This document shows, one piece after another, positions 28,804-38,586 of a stretch of DNA of 38,586 nucleotides. Source of the stretch: an uncultured Myxococcales bacterium (GTDB lineage Bacteria; Myxococcota_A; Polyangia; JAAYKL01); NCBI GenBank assembly GCA_964476305.1, contig CAYZAI010000002.1, positions 1 to 38,586 of the forward strand. The letters run 5' to 3'. Every line of letters begins with the position of its first letter. The stretch's first letter is position 1. The position numbers were made by a program, and so were the translations under genes. A model generated the notes under the pieces. It was not told where the DNA came from and made no database searches. It worked only from the letters and a program-made list of their open reading frames with translations.

Positions 28804-29510
28804 CTACCGGGATCGGCAAGATGGCGCTCGCGGCCTGCTTCGTCGCTGCCGCGGCCTGCGGCGGGGGTGCCCGGCCGATCACGGTCAGGCGGCCGGTGGA
28901 GCCGTTCCATTCGCTCGAGGTCGCGGGACCGATGAGGGTCTCGATCGAGAGCGGCGAGGCGGACGTACGGATTTCCGGGGACCCCGAGGCCGCGCGGGGC
29001 GCCGGCGTCGAGGTTCGCGAGGGCGTGCTCGTTTTCGAGTCGCACGGGGACGGAGCCGCGACCGTCGAGGCGCGGGTGCGGGCCCCGGATCTGCGCCGGC
29101 TCGTCGTCTCGGGCGCGGCGGACGTGGACGTCGATCTCGGCGGGACCGCGCGGGAGCGGCTGGAGATCGTCGTGGCCGGGGCCGGCGCGGTGACAATCCG
29201 CGGGGTGGACGCCGGGCTCCTCGGCGTGGATGTCGCGGGGGCGGCGGACCTGACGGCGACGGGCCGGGCCGGGCGCCTCGAGGTCGTGTGCGCCGGCGCG
29301 GGGAACCTCGACCTCGGGAAGCTGTGCGCCGAGACGGCGGACGTCGCGCTCGGCGGGGCGGGGCAGGCCACGGTCGTCGCTGCCGTGCGCATCGACGCGC
29401 GCATCGACGGGGCCGGCCTGCTGCGCTACTTTGCCCCCCACGAGCTGCCCGAGCCGGAAGGCGGCGGGAAGGTCAGGCGCCTTCCCGAAGCGGGTTCCTG
29501 CGGGCGATGA
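28800..29510 (+). CDS. lipoprotein with a DUF2807-like (GIN/putative adhesin head, beta-helix) domain
   Basis: The ATG overlaps the mutS stop (ATGA), and GGAGG lies upstream. Lipobox AAAAC-GGG. Repeated GAADVDV / GAGAVTI / GAADLTA / GAGNLDL rungs. Confidence 0.7.
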
Positions 29511-29526
29511 CGGGCTGAGGGCGGGG

Positions 29527-29886
29527 TCACTCCGCCGGAACCGTCAGCCACACCTCGGCCGAGAGATCATTGCCGTGCTTGAGCTGGATCACGAGGTCGT
29601 CGCCGGGATTGGCCTCGACCTCCACGGTGAACGAACCGTCGTCGTTGGTGGCCTGCATCACGCCCTGGCCCCAGTCCTCGTTGTAGACCAGGGCCACGTC
29701 CCGATCCGTGTAGCCCTCGCCGCACCCCACCTCGCACAGCCCGGTCTCGTCCGGGGGGCTCACCGCGCAGAACTCCGGCGGCGGGACCGGCACCGTGGGC
29801 GTGCTGTTGCACGCGACGAGCCCGAAGCACAGGAGCGCCGTGAGCGCGGCACCAACCAGGGCCAGAATCGCGGTCCTTCGCGTCAT
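29527..29886 (-). CDS. small lipoprotein (119 aa), unknown function
   Basis: GAGGAGG SD precedes ATG 29886. Signal peptide and lipobox GLVAC-N. The longer listed ORF (to 30744) is antisense to gyrA. Confidence 0.65.
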   Translation of the reverse strand: MTRRTAILALVGAALTALLCFGLVACNSTPTVPVPPPEFCAVSPPDETGLCEVGCGEGYTDRDVALVYNEDWGQGVMQATNDDGSFTVEVEANPGDDLVIQLKHGNDLSAEVWLTVPAE

Positions 29887-29935
29887 CGTGTCCTCCTCAC
29901 CCGCTCTGTGTGTATCAAGTTCCGTGCCGGACCTG

Positions 29936-29964
29936 AAAAAACCCGTTCGGAGCCCGGAGAACGG
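29936..29964 (-). terminator. intrinsic-terminator-like hairpin on the minus strand (CCGTTC / GAACGG stem, 10-nt loop, T6 tract)
   Basis: Plus strand reads aaaaaa-c-CCGTTC-ggagcccgga-GAACGG, so on the minus strand the hairpin is followed by a G and six T. It lies about 50 nt upstream of the 29886 start, and no minus-strand CDS ends before it. Confidence 0.35.
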
Positions 29965-29972
29965 TGGTTCGG

Positions 29973-30026
29973 GCCGGAATCCGGCTGTTTTCCTGGCCGC
30001 GAGATGACAACGGAGTTGTCGGTTTT
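29973..30026 (+). terminator. two short plus-strand hairpins with T-tracts (GCCGG-aat-CCGGC-tgtttt and GACAAC-gga-GTTGTC-ggtttt)
   Basis: Read directly. The stems are only 5-6 bp. They lie between the antisense of the small lipoprotein gene and the gyrA promoter region. Confidence 0.25.
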
Positions 30027-30107
30027 GTAAACTCGATTGACACCAGTCGGGACGGACCGACAGGCCCGGAAACGAGGCGGGTTTCCCCGGGAAAACCGAG
30101 GTGTCTG

Positions 30108-30135
30108 TTGACTTCACGGCACGGATCGGTATCGT
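30108..30135 (+). promoter_or_regulatory. sigma70-like promoter TTGACT-N16-TATCGT upstream of gyrA
   Basis: Hexamers read directly. About 40 nt upstream of ATG 30175. Confidence 0.3.
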
Positions 30136-30174
30136 TGTTCGTCCTTCGCCTGGAAGGTTTCCGAACGGGAAAGA

Positions 30175-32709
<2,535 letters not shown>

Positions 32710-32742
32710 GCGCGGCGAAGGTGCGCGGAAAGGAACGCCTGA

Positions 32743-33567
32743 GTGTTCGGCTGGGTGGACAGGCTGGGAGGCACCGGCGTGGGTCTGGTGCGTTACCTGT
32801 TCTACCTGCTGGGTCTGTTCTACTTCTCGATCAAGGTCGTCTGGACCGACCGGCGACTGGGCCAGCGCGACTTCCTGCGGCAGGTGCTGCTGCAGATCTA
32901 CTACACCGGGGTCCAGGCCGCCGGGCCGGTCATCACACTGGCCCTAGCCGTGGGCGCGTTCGCCATCGTCGAGGGCGTCGGCGGCATCGGTTCGCTCTCG
33001 GGCGCCGACACCCTGGGCCGGATGGTGACGGTGGTCGTGCTCCGCGAGGTCTCGCCGCTGCTCACCGGCGGCGTTGTGATCGTGCGGTCGGTGACCGCCA
33101 TCGCCGCCGAGCTGGGCACGATGCGGGTCCAGCGCGAGATTGAGGCCCTCGAGGCCATGGGCATCTCGCCTATTCGCCAGCTGGTCACCCCGCGGATCTT
33201 CGGCGGGCTCCTGTCGCTGTTCGGGCTCAACGTGCTGTTCAACGCGGTGGCCCTCGGCGGCGGCTTCCTGCTGGCGCGGCTGCTGATCTCGATCCCGGCG
33301 GACGTGTTCTTCCGCTCGGTGCTGATGGCCATCGCACCGGCCGACGTCGTGGCCTTCGCGGTCAAGACCGTGGTGGGCGGGATCGGCATCTTCCTCATCG
33401 CCTGCTACCACGGCTTCTCGGTGGAGCGCTCGTCCACCGAGGTGCCGGTGGCCGTGTCCCGGGCCTCGCTGAACGCGTTGATCTTCCTGGTGCTCCTCCA
33501 CGCCATCGTCTCGCTGACGGTGTTGCTCTCGTCTGGCGCCGCCGGCCTGCTCGGAGGCGTGCTGTGA
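32743..33567 (+). CDS. mlaE: MlaE-family ABC transporter permease
   Basis: GTG 32743 follows AAGGAA. Multi-TM protein with the conserved VTAIAAELGTMRVQREIEALEAMGISPIRQLVTPR segment. Confidence 0.85.
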   Translation: MFGWVDRLGGTGVGLVRYLFYLLGLFYFSIKVVWTDRRLGQRDFLRQVLLQIYYTGVQAAGPVITLALAVGAFAIVEGVGGIGSLSGADTLGRMVTVVVLREVSPLLTGGVVIVRSVTAIAAELGTMRVQREIEALEAMGISPIRQLVTPRIFGGLLSLFGLNVLFNAVALGGGFLLARLLISIPADVFFRSVLMAIAPADVVAFAVKTVVGGIGIFLIACYHGFSVERSSTEVPVAVSRASLNALIFLVLLHAIVSLTVLLSSGAAGLLGGVL

Positions 33568-34292
33568 ACCCCGGGCGGCCCGAGCCGGTGCTGCGGCTCA
33601 CCGACGGCCTGCACTTCCGGGCCGGGCCGTTCACCTGGGGCGTGGAGCCCCTGCGCGTGGAGGCCGGGCGGTGGGTGGCCCTGGTTCCGGGCCGCGAGGA
33701 GCCCGTGGTGGACCCGGCGGGGATGCTGGCGCGGATCCTCGCCACCCTGAGCGAGCCGGAGCGCGGCTGCGTGGAGCTCCTGGGGCAGGACGTCTACCGC
33801 CTGGAGTACCTGCCCAAGCAGAGCCTGCGGGCGCGGATTGGCTTCGTCCAAGGTTACGGCGGGCTGCTCTCGAACCGAACCCTGCGCGAGAACATCGCCC
33901 TGCCCCTGTCCGTGCACGGCGGCCTCGACCACGACGAGGAGGAGGCGCGGATCGAGGATACGGTGAGGCGCTTCGCCCTCGGCGCGGTGGCCGGGGTGCG
34001 CCCCCACGAGGTGGACGGCGCCACTCGCTGGCGGGCCTGCGTCGCCCGGGCGCTGGTGCTCTCGCCGGGCTGGCTGGTGCTCGAGGGCATCGGTGACTGG
34101 GAGATGGACCGGGGCCGCGGCGTGGCCTGGACCAACATCGACGACTACCGCCGGCGCGGCGACTCGGCCGCGGCGATCTGCCTCTCTCGCCAAAACCCGG
34201 AGTTTGAGGCATGGTTCCGGGAGCAGGGCGGCCAGGTCGTGCGTTACGAACGCGTGCCCGGGGGGGCTGGGCCAAGGAGCGGGATCGCGTGA
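33564..34292 (+). CDS. MlaF-like ABC ATPase homologue with degenerate catalytic motifs (pseudo-ATPase)
   Basis: GTG overlaps the mlaE stop (GTGA). The ABC fold is recognisable: IGFVQGYGGLLSNRTLRENIALPL is the Q-loop region. Walker A is replaced by VPGREEPVVDPAG, the signature by VDGATRWR, Walker B by LVLEGI and the H-loop by CLSRQ. Confidence 0.7.
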   Translation: MNPGRPEPVLRLTDGLHFRAGPFTWGVEPLRVEAGRWVALVPGREEPVVDPAGMLARILATLSEPERGCVELLGQDVYRLEYLPKQSLRARIGFVQGYGGLLSNRTLRENIALPLSVHGGLDHDEEEARIEDTVRRFALGAVAGVRPHEVDGATRWRACVARALVLSPGWLVLEGIGDWEMDRGRGVAWTNIDDYRRRGDSAAAICLSRQNPEFEAWFREQGGQVVRYERVPGGAGPRSGIA

Positions 34293-35401
34293 AGATCTAC
34301 CTCAGCTACCGCGAGCGGTTCGCCGGCATCTTCCTGCTGCTGTCGGCGCTGGCCGTGGTGCTGTTCCTGGTGGGCACGGCCGTCGAGAACCGCTGGTTCG
34401 AGGCCCGGGTGACCTTCCACACCCATGTCGTGCGCGGCGAGGGGTTGCGCCAGGGCTCGCCAGTGCTCCTGTCGGGCATCGACGTCGGCGAGATCGGCGA
34501 GCTCCAGATCCTCGACGACAACCGCATCGATGTCGAGATCGTCGTGCTCGAGAAACACGCCCACCGGCTGCGACAGGGCAGCAAGGCCGAGGTGCGGCGG
34601 CTGATCGGCATCGGCGAGAAGCGCATCAACCTGGTCTCGGCCGGCGCGGAGGGTCCGATACTCCCGGCGGGGGCGCTGCTGCCCGCGGACGAGCCCATCG
34701 ATCTTCTCGACGCGGTCTCGTCCATCGACCTCGGGCAGTACATCAGGACCATGGATCGCGCGGTGGCCGCGATGGAGGTGCTGCTCGGCAAGCTGGAGGA
34801 GGAGAAACGGCTCGAGCGGATGGTCGAGGCCTTCGACCAGATGGGGCCGACGATGTCGCGGCTGAACGAGCTGCTCGGCGAGATCAACGAGCCGCTGGCC
34901 GCGATGATGCAGGATCCCAGCATGCGGCGCACGTTCCAGGGGGCGGACAAGGTGTTCAACGACCCGGCCACGCGGGCCTCCCTGCGCCGCCTGTCCGGCG
35001 CCCTCGAGCCCGAGCGCGTCGGAAAGCTGATGCGGCGCACCGACAGCCTGCTGGCGCGCTTCGACGCCCTGCTGGCCGAGGATGGGCACCTGACCGGGAC
35101 CCTGGCCGGCGCCGACCGGCTGATGAACGACGGGCGGATGGACAGGATGCTGACGGCGATGGAGAAGCTCACCGACGCCGAGAAGCTCGAGAAGCTGGTG
35201 GACAATCTCGGGCTGCTCGCCGAGCAGATGGCGAAGATCGGCCCGGAGATCCCCCAGATGACCCGCGAGATGACGACCACCATGCGCGAGGCCGTGGTGG
35301 TGCTCAAGGCCCTGCAGAAGACCTGGCTGCTCAAGGACGAGTCCAAGGACGCGCGCAAGGAGATCGAGAAGGCCACCCCGGTCGCGCCGGCGGAGCGGTG
35401 A
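34289..35401 (+). CDS. mlaD: MlaD/MCE-family protein with a long C-terminal helical extension
   Basis: GTG overlaps the previous stop, and AAGGAG lies 9 nt upstream. N-terminal TM segment [18 protein letters not shown] domain [17 protein letters not shown]. About 230 aa of helix-prone sequence follow. Confidence 0.8.
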   Translation: MKIYLSYRERFAGIFLLLSALAVVLFLVGTAVENRWFEARVTFHTHVVRGEGLRQGSPVLLSGIDVGEIGELQILDDNRIDVEIVVLEKHAHRLRQGSKAEVRRLIGIGEKRINLVSAGAEGPILPAGALLPADEPIDLLDAVSSIDLGQYIRTMDRAVAAMEVLLGKLEEEKRLERMVEAFDQMGPTMSRLNELLGEINEPLAAMMQDPSMRRTFQGADKVFNDPATRASLRRLSGALEPERVGKLMRRTDSLLARFDALLAEDGHLTGTLAGADRLMNDGRMDRMLTAMEKLTDAEKLEKLVDNLGLLAEQMAKIGPEIPQMTREMTTTMREAVVVLKALQKTWLLKDESKDARKEIEKATPVAPAER

Positions 35402-37779
35402 TGGCCAGGCGTCGATCCCGCGGGGGCGTCGCGCGGGCGCTCCGGCGCACGCTGCTCGTGCTGCTGTGCTTCGGCATGGGTGGCGCGGCCGGCCTCGCCG
35501 CCGTGTTCTACGCCTTCTCACGCGACCTCCCGGCCATCGGTCCGCTGCTCGAGGGCTACGACCCGCCCCAGACCACCCGCATCCTCGCCGCGGACGGCAC
35601 GGTGCTCGGCGAGCTGTACGAGGAGCGCCGCACGGTGGTGCCGCTCGAGCGCATCCCCCGTTGGATGGTCGATGCCGTGATCGCGGCCGAGGACTCCGGG
35701 TTCCGGCAGCACCAGGGTCTCGACTACCCGGCGATGGTCCGTGCGATGTTCGCCAACGTGACCGAGGGGCGGCTGGCCCAGGGAGCCTCCACCATCACCC
35801 AGCAGGTGGCCCGCACCTTCTTCCTCAGCCGCGAGAAGACCTTCTCACGCAAGATCCGCGAGATCCTGCTCACCAAGCGGATCGAGGAGCGCCTGACCAA
35901 GGACGAGATCCTGTTCCTCTACCTGAACCAGATCAACTTCGGCCACGCGCGCTACGGCGTGCAGGAGGCGGCGCGGTTCTACTTCGGCAGGGACGTCGGC
36001 GATCTGCGTCTGCACGAGGCCGCGCTGCTGGCGGGCATCCCCAAGGGTCCCGCCGTGTACGAGCCCATCGGCCACGCCGAGGCCGCGAGGCAGCGCCGTA
36101 CGTACGTGATCGGCAGCATGGAGCGCCAGGGTATGATCGGTGCCGCCGAGGCCGAGCTGGCCCGCGCCGCGCCCCTCGGGGTCATCCCCGCCCGCGGCCC
36201 GGACCGCGAGCTCGCTCCGGAGGCGGTTTCCCGAGTCCTGCACGAGCTGGCGCCGGCCGTGGACGCCGCCACCCTGCGCCACGGCGGCTGGGTGATCGAG
36301 ACCGCGATCGATCCGGCGCTCCAGCGGGCGGCTCGCGAGGCGGTGCGAAGCGGCCTCGCCGCCATCGACGGCCGCAACGGCAGGGTGGCGCCGTTCCGGA
36401 AGGGCAAGGGGCGGCTCGCCGGCGAGCCCTGTCCCGAGGGCCGGCAGCCGTCGTTCGGCCGGGTCTACTCGGCCGAGGTCACCGGCCGCGACGGAGAAGG
36501 GCGGCTCCTGCTCCGGCTCTGCGGCCGGCCGGCGTGGATCGATCTCGGGCGCGCCGGGCGCTACAACCCCCGCGGGCTCTCCGCCTCCGGCTTCGCCGAG
36601 ACCGGTCGCCGGCTGCGGGTCTCGCTGGCGCAGGGCCCCGCGGGCGGGCCTTACGAGGCGCAGCTCGAGGAGGGACCCCAGGCTGCCCTGGCCGCGGTGG
36701 ACCCGGCCACCGGGCGCATCGTCGCCCTCGTCGGCGGCGACGACGTCAGGCCCGGCGGGTTCGACCGCGCCTCCGACGCGAGGCGCCAACCCGGCTCGGC
36801 ATTCAAGCCCTTCGTCTACCTCGAGGCGCTCCGCAGTCGCCGCTACACCCCGGTCACCTTGCTCGACGACGCGCCCGAGGTGGACGGCGAGTGGCAGCCG
36901 AAGAACTCGGGCAGCGAGGGCTTCGCCGGCGCGGTGACCCTGCGGCAGGCCCTGGCCCGCTCCCTCAACCTGCCGGCCGTGAAGCTGGTGCGCGACGTGG
37001 GGCCGGATCGCGTCGCACAGCTGGCCCGGGCCATGGGCATCGAGAGCGAGCTGGATCCGGTCCCGGCCCTCGCGCTGGGCGCCTCGGCGGTCTCGCCGCT
37101 GGAGATGGCCTCGGCCTTTGCGACACTGGCCGCGGGGGGGATGCGGCACCCGGCCAGGGTCGTGACACGAGTCGTGGATCCCCGCGGAGGCGAGATGCGA
37201 ATGATGGGCCAGGTGCCGACGCGGGTGGTGGCCGAGGAGGAGGCCCACCTGCTGACCACGCTGCTCGTCTCGGTGGTCACGTCCGGGACCGGGCAGGGCG
37301 CGGCGAAGCTGGGCCGGCCCGCGGCGGGCAAGACCGGCACGTCCAACGAGATGCGCGACGCCTGGTTCGTCGGCTACACGACGGACCTCGCGGCCGCGGC
37401 CTGGGTCGGCTACAGCGACTACAAGCCGCTGGGGCGCAGGGAGTTCGGTGGCCGCGCGGCCCTGCCGATCTGGCTGGGCTTCATGAAGAAGGCCCACGCC
37501 GGGAAGCCCGTGCGCGACTTCGAGCGGCCGCCGGGCATCGTCACCGCGCGCATCGATCCGGCGAGCGGCCTGCTGGCGTACGAAGGCCAGGAGGACGCCC
37601 TCGAGGAGATCTTCATCGAGGGGACCGAGCCCGCCGAGGCCGCCCTGCCTCCGGATCTCGTCTCGCTGGACGCGTTCGCCATCGAACAGGCGTTCGGCGC
37701 CGCCGCCGCGGCTGCTCCGGACGCCGGAGCGGACGATCCTCCATCGCCGGCAGTGGACGAGGGCGGCGGGATCGAGTAG
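35401..37779 (+). CDS. mrcA: class A penicillin-binding protein (PBP1A-type transglycosylase/transpeptidase)
   Basis: ATG overlaps the mlaD stop (TGATG). GT51 motifs [21 protein letters not shown] and RKIREILL. Transpeptidase motifs SAFKPFVY (SxxK), RSLN (SxN) and KTGTS (KTG). Confidence 0.92.
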   Translation: MARRRSRGGVARALRRTLLVLLCFGMGGAAGLAAVFYAFSRDLPAIGPLLEGYDPPQTTRILAADGTVLGELYEERRTVVPLERIPRWMVDAVIAAEDSGFRQHQGLDYPAMVRAMFANVTEGRLAQGASTITQQVARTFFLSREKTFSRKIREILLTKRIEERLTKDEILFLYLNQINFGHARYGVQEAARFYFGRDVGDLRLHEAALLAGIPKGPAVYEPIGHAEAARQRRTYVIGSMERQGMIGAAEAELARAAPLGVIPARGPDRELAPEAVSRVLHELAPAVDAATLRHGGWVIETAIDPALQRAAREAVRSGLAAIDGRNGRVAPFRKGKGRLAGEPCPEGRQPSFGRVYSAEVTGRDGEGRLLLRLCGRPAWIDLGRAGRYNPRGLSASGFAETGRRLRVSLAQGPAGGPYEAQLEEGPQAALAAVDPATGRIVALVGGDDVRPGGFDRASDARRQPGSAFKPFVYLEALRSRRYTPVTLLDDAPEVDGEWQPKNSGSEGFAGAVTLRQALARSLNLPAVKLVRDVGPDRVAQLARAMGIESELDPVPALALGASAVSPLEMASAFATLAAGGMRHPARVVTRVVDPRGGEMRMMGQVPTRVVAEEEAHLLTTLLVSVVTSGTGQGAAKLGRPAAGKTGTSNEMRDAWFVGYTTDLAAAAWVGYSDYKPLGRREFGGRAALPIWLGFMKKAHAGKPVRDFERPPGIVTARIDPASGLLAYEGQEDALEEIFIEGTEPAEAALPPDLVSLDAFAIEQAFGAAAAAAPDAGADDPPSPAVDEGGGIE

Positions 37780-37808
37780 TCCACGGGCGAGGAACAGGAG
37801 GGCGGATC

Positions 37809-38586
37809 TTGGGCAAGTTCATCGAGGAATGGAAGAAGAGCCACGCCGCGGGCGAGCTGCGGGAGACGGACGAGGGCACCGAGGTGGTGCTGATGGGCTG
37901 GGTCGACGCGGTGCGCGATCACGGCAAGGCGATCTTCGTCGACCTGCGCGACCGCTCGGGGCTGGTCCAGGTCGTCTTCGACACTGCGGATCTCGGCGCC
38001 GTGGACCTCGACGTGGCCCGGGGCCTGCGCCAGGAGTACGTGGTCGCCCTTCGCGGCCGGGTGCGCCGCCGCGCGGGCAAGCCCAACCCCAACCTCGAAA
38101 GCGGCGCGATCGAGGTCGTCGCCACCGACCTCGAGCTGTTCTCGCGCTCGGCGCCGATGCCCTTCCCCGTGGCAGAGGAGGTGGATGCCAGCGAGGCCAC
38201 GCGCCTCAAGCACCGTTTCCTCGACCTGCGGCGGCCGCCGCTTCAGCGGGCGCTGCTGCTGCGGTCGCGGGCGGCCCGGCTCGTGCGCGACCACTTCCTG
38301 GATGAGGGCTTCGTCGAGGTCGAGACGCCGATGCTCACGAAATCGACGCCGGAGGGGGCGCGCGACTACCTGGTGCCCTCCCGGGTCAGCCCGGGCGAGT
38401 TCTACGCGCTGCCCCAGTCCCCGCAGCTGTTCAAGCAGCTCCTGCAGGTGGCGGGCTTCGAGCGCTACTTCCAGGTGGCGCGCTGCTTCCGCGACGAGGA
38501 CCTGCGCGCCGACCGCCAGCCCGAGTTCACGCAGATCGACGTCGAGATGAGCTTCGTCGCGCCGGACGACGTGATGGACGTCTGCG
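37809..38586 (+). CDS. aspS: aspartate--tRNA ligase, N-terminal part (continues past the right window edge)
   Basis: Not in the ORF track because no stop falls inside the window. TTG 37809 lies 8 nt after GGAGG. Translation gives [58 protein letters not shown] and [23 protein letters not shown] (class II motif 2). Confidence 0.9.
   Translation, partial: MGKFIEEWKKSHAAGELRETDEGTEVVLMGWVDAVRDHGKAIFVDLRDRSGLVQVVFDTADLGAVDLDVARGLRQEYVVALRGRVRRRAGKPNPNLESGAIEVVATDLELFSRSAPMPFPVAEEVDASEATRLKHRFLDLRRPPLQRALLLRSRAARLVRDHFLDEGFVEVETPMLTKSTPEGARDYLVPSRVSPGEFYALPQSPQLFKQLLQVAGFERYFQVARCFRDEDLRADRQPEFTQIDVEMSFVAPDDVMDVC

Noticed and set aside
29955-29990. tRNA T-arm-like string ggttcgggccggaatccggc
   Set aside because: No acceptor, D or anticodon arms can be built around it. 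It lacks the GTTCGAATC consensus. It is better explained as short hairpins in the gyrA upstream region.
34093-35400. N-terminal 436 codons of the 1228-aa ORF, plus the 34211 start of the MCE ORF
   Set aside because: The upstream part of the PBP frame overlaps mlaD out of frame and is Arg/Gly/Asp low complexity. The PBP begins at ATG 35401 with a typical basic N-terminus and TM segment. The MCE protein begins at GTG 34289, after an AAGGAG SD.
37829-38305. 158-aa plus-strand ORF from the track
   Set aside because: Wrong frame over aspS. The aspS frame starting at TTG 37809 gives textbook AspRS motifs and stays open to the window end.

Overview
GC-rich bacterial chromosomal segment; third codon positions are almost all G/C, so long spurious antisense ORFs are common. 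Gene content looks Myxococcota-like: many lipoproteins, CDGxDNDCDG-type Cys repeats, PEGA and PATAN/DUF4388 domains, and paired OM beta-barrel genes. I support 33 protein-coding genes. Recognisable housekeeping genes are ftsY, a GlcD-type FAD oxidase, buk, mutS, gyrA, an Mla-like mlaE / degenerate mlaF / mlaD set, a class A PBP and aspS (runs off the right edge). The rest are mostly exported or envelope proteins of unknown function, plus one Phd/ParE toxin-antitoxin pair. I saw no rRNA, tRNA, CRISPR array, transposase, integrase or phage genes. I found no canonical defence or mobile system, so the novel-system candidates below are architectural oddities, not proven systems. In order of interest: (1) a two-gene operon with a monohaem cytochrome c fused to a small OM beta-barrel, followed by a secreted pentahaem cytochrome. 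(2) A single polypeptide fusing a non-canonical cyclic-nucleotide-binding-like domain, acetate kinase and PduL phosphotransacylase. (3) An Mla-like operon whose ATPase has lost Walker A, signature, Walker B and H-loop, translationally coupled to a long-helix MCE protein and a PBP1A. (4) A receiver-PATAN-J-domain-TPR protein. (5) Two coupled beta-propeller lipoproteins. All start sites and promoter or terminator calls come from reading the sequence only and need experimental or computational confirmation.
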